Below, in pieces: positions 1 through 10,773 of a stretch of 64,000 nucleotides of DNA; the stretch's first letter is position 1, and the number at the start of each line of letters is the position of its first letter. The translations under genes and the position numbers were made by a program. The notes under the pieces were generated by a model. The model did not search any database and was not told the origin of the DNA. It worked only from the letters and a program-made list of their open reading frames with translations. The DNA is from Octopus sinensis (taxonomy: Eukaryota). The stretch is taken from positions 21,080,001 to 21,144,000 of the forward strand of contig NC_043004.1 of assembly GCF_006345805.1 (NCBI RefSeq), read 5' to 3'.

Positions 1-305
1 ACTATTTTAATTATAATTATTATTTGATCGTGTTTTAATGTGAAATACACAAAGGAGGAAATCTATTTAAAACAGAGTGTAGCCATAAAGAGAGATGATG
101 CAATGAGAAAAAAAGATGAAACACAAAACGAGCTTTAAATCTTCTTTCAATGTTGTTGAACATTAGCAGATACATTCCTACATCAGCCAATAAAGACTAT
201 AATAATTACCATAAACTTGTATTAATATAATTTCATGTTTCTTTACTTCCTTTGTTTTTCTATGCTTCTGTCTGGTTCACACTCTCACAATCAGTTTGCA
301 CATGT

Positions 306-710
<405 letters not shown>

Positions 711-739
711 TCAAATACACATGTATATGTATTCATGTT

Positions 740-1070
740 CATGTGTATATAGTTTTCATTGTTGAATCTATTGAGAAATTAGAGAAGTTCCAGGCTTTGA
801 AGCTAAACCTAGAATTAAGTGGTCTTAAGGTAAGTAAACTTAGCAAAGATGAAGATTTTAGTTATTAGGAAAGAAAAGACATTACTCTGGTAGCGTCAAA
901 GATATGGTCTTGCTTAATATGCAGAATCAGAGTTGGTGTAGACTCCTTATGCTGACCTGTTACATGCTATGGATGCACAAGAGGTGTAGTGGAATCAAAA
1001 GCAGACTAGCAGATAAAGTAAGCTTCATATATGGCACATGCACTGGAGCTGTATACAGCGGTGCACTTAT
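740..1070 (+). mobile_element. Decayed RTE-clade LINE fragment (post-RT Cys-rich region)
   Basis: Translates to WMHKRCSGIKSRLADKVSFIYGTCTG; homologous to minus-strand relics at 41100-41290 and 43500-43750. Confidence 0.65.
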
Positions 1071-1099
1071 TTATTCGAAATTTTAAAGTCAGTCATGAT

Positions 1100-3185
1100 A
1101 TCATCTCCTGTCTTATGAATCAAATCATATTCCTTCAAAGGGAGAGGTTCAAATCTCGTTAAGTAAACTTAATTCTGGAAAAACACAGGAATGTATGGAA
1201 TTGTAGCAGAGATTGTCTAGTTCGAAGCTTACCATATTGCAAAATCAATGTATAAAATAATAGTGATGTATAGAAGATAGGAACAGTTCCAAAAGTCTGA
1301 TGTGATGGTGTTATGCTCTGCTGCCAAAGTTTTTGCTGGGTTTTTCATTTTCTGATTAAATGATATGATTTCACTGAATGTTCTTCCAGAATCTCAGTGT
1401 AGCTTTAAGCCAAATAGAGTAACTATGGCTATGATATTTTCTGCAAATCTAGAGCAAGAAAAATGCTGAGAATAAAATCTAGATTTAGTCCAAGCCTTTG
1501 TTGATTTAACAAAGGCCTTTGACACAGTGAATCAGGAGGCATTATGGGAGGTTTGGCATAAGCTTGGCTATCCAATACATTTCATGAACATGATAAGATC
1601 TTTTCATAATGACATGTTTGCATTTGTCAGCATTGAAGGTGTTCTTTCAGAATCTTTTAAAGTGGAAAATAGAGTGAACCAAGGAGATATTCTTGGATCA
1701 GTGTTATTTTCTCTATACTTTTTGGTTATGCTTGCAAATGCATTCAAAGACTGCAGGGATGGTGTATGTATTCATTATAGAAACACTGGTAAATTATTTA
1801 ATTTGGAAAGGTTGCCAGGAAAAAGAAACACGTTTGTGTTTCTAATGAGAGGTTTATTGTATGCACATAACTGTAACTTAGTAACTTGTTCAATCAATGA
1901 ATTGCATCACTTAATGCTTAAAATTGACAAATCCCGTGCGATCTTTGAGATAGCATTAAATTTAGTTAAGTCTTTTGTTATGCTTCAGCTAGCATCCAGC
2001 TCATATTACGAATCTGATATTTTTCTTCAAAACACAAAACTGAATGTTGTAGATAGACTTATATATCTTGGTAGTGTGCTGAATCATGTTTGTTCTTTAA
2101 ATGATGAAATAGCTAACTCTCTTCAAAATGCATTTTGGGTTTTCAAGAGCCTTGAAGAGTGAGTTTGATCTAATAGAAATATTTCCAAAAACACAAAGGT
2201 TGCAGTATACAGGGTTTGTGTGCGTTCATCACTTTTTTTTTTATTCATGTCAGACATGGGTAGTATATTGGAAGCATCTGAAATTATCAAAGCAATTTCA
2301 TCAGAGATGTTTGTACTCTATACTGAAAATCAAATGAATGCACAAAGTACTGAATTCTGAAGCATTTGTGTGTGCTGGTGTAGATAGCATTGGAACTGAA
2401 GTTTATCTGCACAGACTTTGCAGGTCATGCTATCTGATATAGGAATCTAATCAATGCATGCCCAAATAATTGTTGTGCAGCCAGATAAAAAGAACAAAAA
2501 GACCTCAATATAAACCAAAAATGTGTTTCAGAGATTCAATAAAGAGCTCTTTAAAGAATTTCAAAAGGATGTATGCAAACTTGGAGAGGGATGCAATGGA
2601 CCAATCAAAATGGAAGAGAAAAGTCCGAGAAGGTACTTCTTTGTTTAAAGAGCATAAGCAGAAGCATAAATTGATAAAAAGAGAGGCAAGAAAGGGTTTG
2701 CTTGTAGCCATTGGTCCTTCTCTCTTAACTTGTGATACTTGCAACCGTATCTGTCTCTCCCAAGCTAGACTAGTTAGCAATAAACAGAAGCAATCATTTA
2801 GGCCCCCAATTAAATTTTCATAGTCACAATCAGATGCATCATCTTACTCTATTTGCTATAAGATCTGCAGAAATAAATCTGGGTTAACAAAACACATGAA
2901 TGTCACAATCATAATTGCTAGTAGTCTTTACAGCAAAATCAAGCATTTTCTTGTCATCTGTGTGGAAAAATCTGTAAATCTGTTGCTGGACTAAAGAGTC
3001 ATTTCTGGTTACATAACACACAGACTATCTCTAACCATCCTCTAGTAATTCTAAACTGTAAATAAGCTCCAAATTAACTGTAAGTTTGTGTGTTGTTGGC
3101 TTTTAACTGGTTTGGGACCTCTGTGTGCGTACTCTGCCAGTGCTGTCATACCCAATTAACAAGTCAACAGCAATCATCATCATAT
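1100..3185 (+). mobile_element. Decayed RTE/BovB-like LINE: reverse transcriptase plus C-terminal multi-C2H2 region
   Basis: Motifs LPESQCSF, AFVDLTKAFDTV, VNQGDILGSVLFSLY, LLYAHN (YADD-like), YLGS and FHQRCL are collinear with the young copy at 45851-47605; many stops and frameshifts; C2H2 fingers at 2731-3014. Confidence 0.9.
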
Positions 3186-3459
3186 ACATACATACTTACA
3201 TAAATAATGCATACATACATACATACATGCATAAAATATATAGATACATATGCACATACACACATATATAGTATTGTTCAATTGTAGGATTCATTAGAAT
3301 TCAGGTATTTCAGCATGCAGGACACCAGGAACAGTTGGGTATTCATCTCTATGTACATGCAGACAAGCATATTTACATACATACAGTTTTATATATATAT
3401 ATATATATTATATATATATATATATGTAAAATAATATGTGACAATTATTCGGTAGCCAA

Positions 3460-3520
3460 GATAAAACTCTGAGTTTCGGATGCCGAGGTGGAAATCCACA
3501 CCACCATCTCTTCAGTTATC
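3460..3520 (-). ncRNA. Minimal type I hammerhead ribozyme-like motif
   Basis: Minus strand reads GATAA-CTGAAGA-GATG..GTGGA/TCCAC..CATCC-GAAA-CTC A GAG-TT-TTATC: stem I GATAA/TTATC, intact CUGANGA and GAAA cores, near-palindromic stem III, GUU triplet. Confidence 0.7.
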
Positions 3521-4461
3521 ATCATCATCATCATCATCGTTTGACGTCCGTTCTCCATGCTAGCATGGGTTGGACGGTTCGACCGGAGATCTGGGAACCC
3601 AGAAGGCTGCACCAGGCTCCGGTCTTATCTGGCAATGTTTCTACAGCTGGATGCCCTTCCTAACACCAACCACTCCGTGAGTGTAGTGGGTGCTTTTTAC
3701 ATGCCACCTGCACTGGTGCCAGGCGAGGGTGGCATCGGCCATGGTCGGATTGGTGCATTTTACGTGCCACCTGCACGGAAGCCAGTCGAGGCGGCACTGG
3801 CTTTGGCCACGATTCGGATGGTGCTTTTTACGTGCCACCGACACGGAAGCCAGTCGAGGCGGCGCTGGCATCAGCCTCGATTCAGATAGTGCTTTTTACG
3901 TATCTCCAGTCCAGGGGTCCTGGCATCTGCCGGGTGCCAGTCATAGGATTGGTTCAATTTCGATTCCGATTTCACTTGCCCCAACAGGTCTTCGCAAGCA
4001 AAGGGGGGTTGGCATAGGTGCCTGTCATCGGATGAGGTTCGATATCAACTTCGCTTGCCTCAACAGGTCTTTGTGTGTCCAAGGGAGGAAAGGCATGCAT
4101 AAGTGGGCTGGACTCACTTGTCCTGCCTGGTCTTTTCACGCACAGCATATTTCCAAAGGTCTCGGTCGCTGGTCATTTCCTCAGTGAGACCTAAAGTTCG
4201 AAGGTCGTGCTTCACCACCTCGTCCCAAGTTTTCCTGGGTCTACCTCTTCCACGGGTTCCCTCCACTGCTAGGGATTGGCACTTTTTCACACACCTATCT
4301 TCATCCATTCTCACCACATGACCATACCAGCGCAATCGTCTCTCTTGCACACCACAACTGATGCTCCTTAGGTCCAACATTTCTCTCAGGGTACTAACGC
4401 TCTGTCGAGCATGCACACTGACATTACACATCCATCGGAGCATACTGGCTTCATTGGCCAG
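3517..4461 (-). mobile_element. 5'-truncated RTE LINE (ORF C-terminus, 3' UTR, (GAT)n tail)
   Basis: ORF 4114..4443 contains RRLRWYGHVVRM...GRGRPRKTWDEVVKHDL, a typical RTE C-terminus; GC-rich UTR; (GAT)n tail at 3517-3540. Confidence 0.92.
3688..3950. repeat. ~65-bp tandem repeat (about 4 units) in the RTE 3' UTR
   Basis: gtgc(t/a)tttta(c)(g/a)tgccacc..cacggaagccagtcgaggcggc recurs near 3690, 3754, 3821 and 3889. Confidence 0.8.
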
Positions 4462-4939
4462 ATATATATATATATATAACGCTCGAAATTCAGAGTCGAT
4501 AGACAGCTGACAACTGATGAAGGCTCCTTTCTCTGTTTTAACTTATCCTGTTTTCCATTTTTTTCTTGCTGTTTATGTATTTCATTCATTTTCCCCTCAT
4601 TTGTTTACATGTTTCGTGTTATTTGCACCATTGGTGATGTCTATAAGCACGTATGCATGTATATATATATATATTATTTATTATATATACATACATATAT
4701 ACATATAAATATATGTATATATATATGAAGTATTTTGCCTGGACTGATAATCCCTTTCATATATATATACATTTATTGTAAAATCTGTTTGCCAACATAA
4801 ATTGGAAGTCCTAATCAGGACGATGTTACTACCTTTTTTAGCACCTGGAAAACATCTTTTCCAGCTGGCTACTGATGCACAACTGTGTCCTTTTACCTAG
4901 AAGAAGGGAGCTAATGTCCCCACTCAGTCTTAAACAGTA

Positions 4940-4983
4940 CTTGCAGGCCATGGTTTCTGGGTTATTTTCTTCATCAGCATAGG
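4940..4983 (-). ncRNA. Degenerate hammerhead-like motif (left arm)
   Basis: Minus strand: cctatg CTGATGA agaaaataaccca GAAA ccatgg cc tgcaag. Confidence 0.5.
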
Positions 4984-5263
4984 ATAACTATTGGCTAGAA
5001 ATGGCTGCACTTGGCCATGTTCGAGGTATATACTTTTAAAGTGACACACTGTAACTGATCTTGTAAAGAGGAAAACAATTAATTTTAAATCTCTGAGTGA
5101 GAAATAAGTAGTAACAATACTACAGTGTAATTTGCCAATGTATTTCTTGCTCAGAGATTTAAAACTAATTGTTCTCCTCTTCATGAGATCAGTGACTGTG
5201 TGTAACTTTAAAAGTATATACCTTGAATAAGGCCTAGTGCTGCCATCTCTAGCCAATGGTTGT

Positions 5264-5308
5264 CCTGTGCCAATGAAGAGAAATAATCCAGAAACCATGG
5301 CCCACAGG
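5264..5308 (+). ncRNA. Degenerate hammerhead-like motif (right arm)
   Basis: cctgtg CCAATGA agagaaataatcca GAAA ccatgg cc cacagg: perfect stem I (cctgtg/cacagg) and palindromic stem III CCATGG, but the core is mutated. Confidence 0.5.
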
Positions 5309-5544
5309 TACCATTTAAGGCTGAGTGGGGACACTAGCTCCCTTCTTTGAGGTATAAGGATGCAGTTGTGTGTCAGTAGCCAGCTGGAAAATATGTTTTC
5401 CTGGGGCTAAGAAAAGCTAGTAACATTGTCCTAATCAGGACTGCCACTTTACGTTGGCAAATAGATTTTACCCTGTAGTACTGTTACTACTTACTTCTCA
5501 CTCGGAGATTTAAACTAATTGTTTTCCTCTTTATATATATATTC

Positions 5545-5575
<31 letters not shown>

Positions 5576-6196
5576 ATATATATATGTATGTATATATAAG
5601 GTATAATCAACTCTGGCAAAATATTCATAAGCTCTCTGTAGAAGAATATTCAATGGCCTAACAAATATGTCCCATGATAGATGTGAAAATCCAGGTATTC
5701 TGAACTCAACAAACTCTCACCAGGCAAATTGTAAATCCATGGTATAATTGCCAAGTGAAATTGGTATGTTGCTACTGAATGATATAGAAAATGCATACAG
5801 GTAATGCATTTTACACATTCATTGAAGGCTTACATATTTTTCTTATAAATATTTGAATGGTCTAGTTCAAAGTTCTGTAGTTGAATCTTATTAATTAAGC
5901 GATCCATAATCAATCAACTGAAACAATAGAGAACAGTGCCATACTTTTATCTACTTCAGACCCACAAAAAACTGACTATCAAAAGAAAGGAATTCGATGA
6001 AAAATGGAATTATTTGAAAGCATGGTCATCTACTTTAAGTGAGTATCTAACAGGCAACAGAGAAGGAGAGCTGTGATAACAGCAGACATCAAACAATTGT
6101 AAATTTGACCATGAAAATTGAAAACTGTTATCTTCCCCTATTGTTCAAGATTGTTGCAGACAATGGAGGACATTGTTCTGAAAATTACTACTACAT

Positions 6197-6790
6197 ACAC
6201 ATGCAGAACAAAGTAGAGAGTGAGGTAGATACATACTTGTATGTGGAATTCTAACTTATTAAATATGCCACTAGCACTAAAGTACTGAACAAGCAGAAAG
6301 GAAGGAGTAATATGTTAGGACAAAGACAAAAAAAATTGACAGATGATGATATGCTGAATTATTTAAACAGAAAGAACTCACTTTTCACTATATATTAATA
6401 TAATCAGCTTCCAGTAAATAATTCAGAGGATAATATTAATAAACAGAATTCAATAAGAAACCATAATATAATATAGTAACTGGAGGTAAACTAAAATGAT
6501 AATGCCTTAAAAAATGAGGTGGAGAAGATTAATATAAACGATAAAGAATAATTAGAAAATTTAATGGAATCTAAAGTGAAGATCTTGTAAATATAAAACA
6601 TAGAAAAGCTCAGTTAAGAAAATCCCCTAATACCTAGAAAATAGATCAGTAGAATATCTCTTAATACAGTAACTGTCATCTGCCTTCCTGGTTCGGTACT
6701 TTAGTGCCAGAAGCATATTTAATAAGTTAGAATTCAAGCTTCCTGATGCAAATGCATATCTATCTCACCCTCTATCTTGTTCTGTGTGTG
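6197..6790. repeat. Diverged inverted repeat (~105-115-bp arms, ~370-bp spacer)
   Basis: gaattctaacttattaaatatgc..cactaaagtac (6246-6283) versus gtactttagtg..gcatatttaataagttagaattc (6696-6735); similarity continues on both sides. Confidence 0.75.
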
Positions 6791-6874
6791 CCTGTGTGTG
6801 TAATATATATACATATGCACACACACACACACCCATATACATACACACACTTAGAAATATGTATATACCTACAA

Positions 6875-6917
<43 letters not shown>

Positions 6918-6920
6918 TAT

Positions 6921-7060
6921 ATGTGCATTATGTAATAGAATGTGCAAAAGTTTCACTGGGCTCAAGAGTCATACAAGGGCCTCACATTGCATCAACAATG
7001 ACGCATTTCAGTGATTCTTTCTAGCAATGGCTTTGCTTGTATATGAAAAATCAGCTAAGA
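6921..7060 (+). mobile_element. 3' fragment of zinc-finger-tailed RTE LINE (one C2H2 finger)
   Basis: CALCNRMCKSFTGLKSHTRASH followed by a tail resembling 10115-10148. Confidence 0.6.
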
Positions 7061-7203
7061 TATATATGTGTGTGTGTGTGTTTAATTTTATTTGTTAGAG
7101 AATAAAAATTCTAGCATAACAGGGGTTCAAATTATTCTCAATGAGGAAATATATACACACACATATATATATATGCATACATATATATATACACACGTGC
7201 ATG

Positions 7204-7253
<50 letters not shown>

Positions 7254-7840
7254 TACACATATATACACATATATACATACATATATACACACACATGCAC
7301 TTATACACACACACGCAAAATAATAAAATTGTTTACCTATTATATGAATGTACTATCAGTAATATGAAACACATGAGGAGCATATGTGTCTGGCTGGAAG
7401 TCAATAAGTCATCATTTATGATGATAAAACATTAAATATACATTTTATCAGAACTAGCTATGCAGAAAAATATTCAAGATGGAGATCAAATTGCCAAATT
7501 CTTGCTTTTTGAATTATTTATTGCTTTTGTTTCATGTTCTGGTTTCCTTTGTTATATTTTGTTGTTGTATATTTTGATTTTGTTTATTGCTTCAGTAATA
7601 AATCTGTCGATTTCTTGTTGTTTTTTTTTATGTGTAATAAAATGCAAGCAATAATGCTCAATTTGCAGCTAATCAATACATAATATATATATGCAGCAGA
7701 ATCACAGGCAATCAATACATTTGAATACATAGCAACAGAAGGACAGTAATCATGATCTTTTACCAGGGTCTCTGTGACTGAGGAACAGGAGAGAAGTTAT
7801 TATCATTTAGTGACCTGCTCAAAATATTTACAGTGGAGCA

Positions 7841-8248
7841 GGTAGTGAGCTGACAGAAACATTAGCGTGCTGGGCAAAATGCTTAGCGGTATTTCGCCTG
7901 CCGTTATGTTCTGAGTTCAAATTCCGCCGAGGTTGACTTTGCCTTTCATCCTTTCGGGGGCGATAAATTAAGTACCAGTTACGCACTGCGATCGATATAA
8001 TCAACTTAATCTGCTTGTCTGTCCTTGTTTGTCCTCTCTGTGTTTAGCTCCTTGTGGGTAGTAAAGAAATAGGTATTTCATCTGCCGTTACATTCTGAGT
8101 TCAAATTCCACCAAGGTTGACTTTGCCTTTCATCCTTTCGGGGTCGATAAATAAAGTACCAGTTATGCCCTGGGGTCGATGTAATTGACTTAATCCCTTT
8201 GTCTGTCCTTGTCCCCTCTGAGTTTAGCCCCTTGTGGGCAATAAAGAA
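7841..8248 (+). mobile_element. tRNA-derived SINE family B with internal ~185-bp duplication
   Basis: B-box-like gagttcaaattcc and central gactttgcctttcatcctttcgggg(t)cgataaa domain both present twice (7888-8071, 8072-8248). Confidence 0.85.
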
Positions 8249-8621
8249 TTATATTTACAGTGGAGGGGATTGTACTAAAGACAACCAATGGCCATATAAT
8301 GCTGTCAAACTTAGTGATAGGATAGATATTATGGCTATATCTGAAGGACAGGTATGGCACCACCTTATAGGGTTCTGTACAATTTATGTCAATCCAGTTT
8401 TACTCTCACGGTCTTGGGCTTTAGCTGCTTGGGCTGAAAACACTTGCCTGATGTGCAGTACAGCAAGATCGAACCTGCAATCACCAGGTCGCAAATTGAA
8501 CTCCTAAACCAAGGATTCTCAACCATTTTTTAACTATGAACCTCCTTTGATTTCTGCTTTGCTCGGTTGGACCATGGACTATTATGGCCATTCAGTTTTA
8601 GGAAAAAATCCTTTATATTTA

Positions 8622-8774
8622 TGCATGGCTGTGTGGTAAGAAGCTTGCTTCCCAACCACATCACAATTTGACAAATGTCTTTTACTATAGTCTCAGGCCA
8701 ACCAAAGCCTTGTGAATGGATTTGATAGATGAAAACTGAAAGAATCCTGTTGTATGTATGTGTATATAAGTATG

Positions 8775-8817
<43 letters not shown>

Positions 8818-8830
8818 ATGTACACACACA
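8622..8830 (+). mobile_element. SINE family A, partial
   Basis: ggctgtgtggtaagaagcttgcttcccaaccaca...aactgaaagaa matches the other copies. Confidence 0.75.
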
Positions 8831-9100
8831 CATATCGTTGCTATTATGGAAAAGTGTTGTATATCCAAAACATTGCTTTTTCAGAAAATGAAAAAATAGT
8901 TTCACCCTTCCATAGCAAAACTGTTGTACTACACTTTGAGAATTTTTTGTGTGTTGGCATCTGAAGCAGCTGGAGATATGATAGTTTGACCAAAAGAACT
9001 GGCTATTGCAAGCAAAAATAAATATTGAAAAAAGTGCATTTGGCCAAATTTGGACATACAACAGTTTAACATAATAGCAATGTCATATATATATATATAT

Positions 9101-9203
<103 letters not shown>

Positions 9204-9758
9204 TATGTATATGCATGTATGCATGTATATATGTATATGTATATGCATGTATGTGTGTATATATGTATGTATGCATGTATCTGAACTAACAAATTCATTC
9301 TATGACCAGCAAGGCTTGTAGAATCATGAAGGTGCATATGCTGTTGATATTTGAATGTTTGTAAATGCTGTGGTTCATGTATTTACCTGATGAAAATGGT
9401 CTTTTCTAATGATGTAATGTCTCCATTAATCAATTAAAATTTCGTTGGTGACAGCTCTAGTGAATTAACACATTAAGTATCTGTTGTTATTTATTTATAA
9501 TTCACCCCTCTTTGAACCTTCTTGCATGTTCCGAAGTATATTACGGACCATATATTTAATACAATGTGCGTTTCTTGATTAGCCCAAGCGCTATTGATAT
9601 ACCCAGTTGGGTTCAATTAATTGTATACATAACCTGAATATCTTTCTGCATGTACTTCAGTAGCAGCATATTCATCTATCGTTGTTGTCTACTCATTTTA
9701 ATTTTGACCCAACCCTTACCTTTTTAAGTGCCTAGTTCACTTGAATCCTGATATTTTA

Positions 9759-9795
<37 letters not shown>

Positions 9796-9797
<2 letters not shown>

Positions 9798-10150
9798 GTA
9801 GGTATGTACGTGTGTATGTAAAGCTGGACTCAAGAGTCATCTTCGTAGTCATAAAGTGAGACAGATGAGTGACAACCTGGCCACTAGTGGTGGTGTAACA
9901 CACCATACTAATAAAATCTGTCGGGCATGTGGAAGAGAGTGTAATTCAGCAGGAGGACTTAAACGACATGCATAGGTACATGAAGTCCAGTTACAACTAC
10001 AGCTGGCTATTACTGGTAAAGGTATTAGTTGCTAATTCTGTACAAGACATTGTAGATCTTTAGCTGGGCTAAAAAGTCACATTCGATCACAGCACCAGTA
10101 ACAGTTAAGCTTCGGGCAATGGCCATACTCGATAACGAGGGGCAGCCATA
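9796..10150 (+). mobile_element. 3' fragment of zinc-finger-tailed RTE LINE (three in-frame C2H2 fingers, 2 stops)
   Basis: One frame reads KAGLKSHLRSH..CRACGRECNSAGGLKRHA*VH..C*FCTRHCRSLAGLKSHIRSQH, followed by a ctcg-ataa-cgag stem-loop like the RTE 3' end near 47580. Confidence 0.75.
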
Positions 10151-10159
10151 ATAATGCAT

Positions 10160-10395
10160 GTATGTATGTATATGTGTGTGCGTGTGCCCCTGTGTTTGTG
10201 TTTGTCCCCACCACCACCACCACCACTTGACAACCGGTGTTGATGTGTGCAAGCCTGAAACTTAGCGGTTTGGCAAAAAACTGATAGAATATGTACCAGG
10301 TTTAAAGAATAACTGCTGTGGTCAATTCATTCAACTAAAGGTTTAAGGCTGTGCCCCAGCATGGCTGCAGTATAATGACTGAAGCAAATAAAAGA
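10160..10395 (+). mobile_element. SINE family A, 3' half
   Basis: tgtttgtcccc..cttgacaaccgg..cagcatggctgcag..aatgactgaagcaaataaaaga. Confidence 0.75.
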
Positions 10396-10773
10396 AATAT
10401 CATTAGGAATTGTATACAAAAATTATTAAGATATTTTGTGCATTGTAGAAGTTTGATCAATTCTTTTACTGATAAATTTTAACAACAAAATCTTATGTGG
10501 ACTTGAAATGGCCATATGGAGCCCATTTAAGGACCACTGGTCTAAAACATACATCTGTATATACACTATTACTGTCATATACACATATAAATTGCCATAC
10601 ACATAAATGAACAAGCATACACATAAATTGCTATATACATATAGATACGCATAATTTGTCATGTATATATTACACATATTGCTCTATCTACTCATTAAAT
10701 ATATAAATCGTCATATACACACACTTATACATAAATCATTTCCTTACTTTGGTAATAATGGTTTAGATTTTAA

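Larger units (their letters stand above)
4778..5532. mobile_element. Fold-back element: two inverted copies of a ~350-nt circularly permuted unit (retrozyme / Penelope pLTR-like)
   Basis: 4778-5105 is the diverged reverse complement of about 5143-5471; both arms run past the unit junction; flanked by (TA)n; each arm carries a hammerhead-like motif. Confidence 0.8.

Noticed and set aside
9380-9450. cctgatga... possible hammerhead
   Set aside because: No GAAA core or convincing stems.
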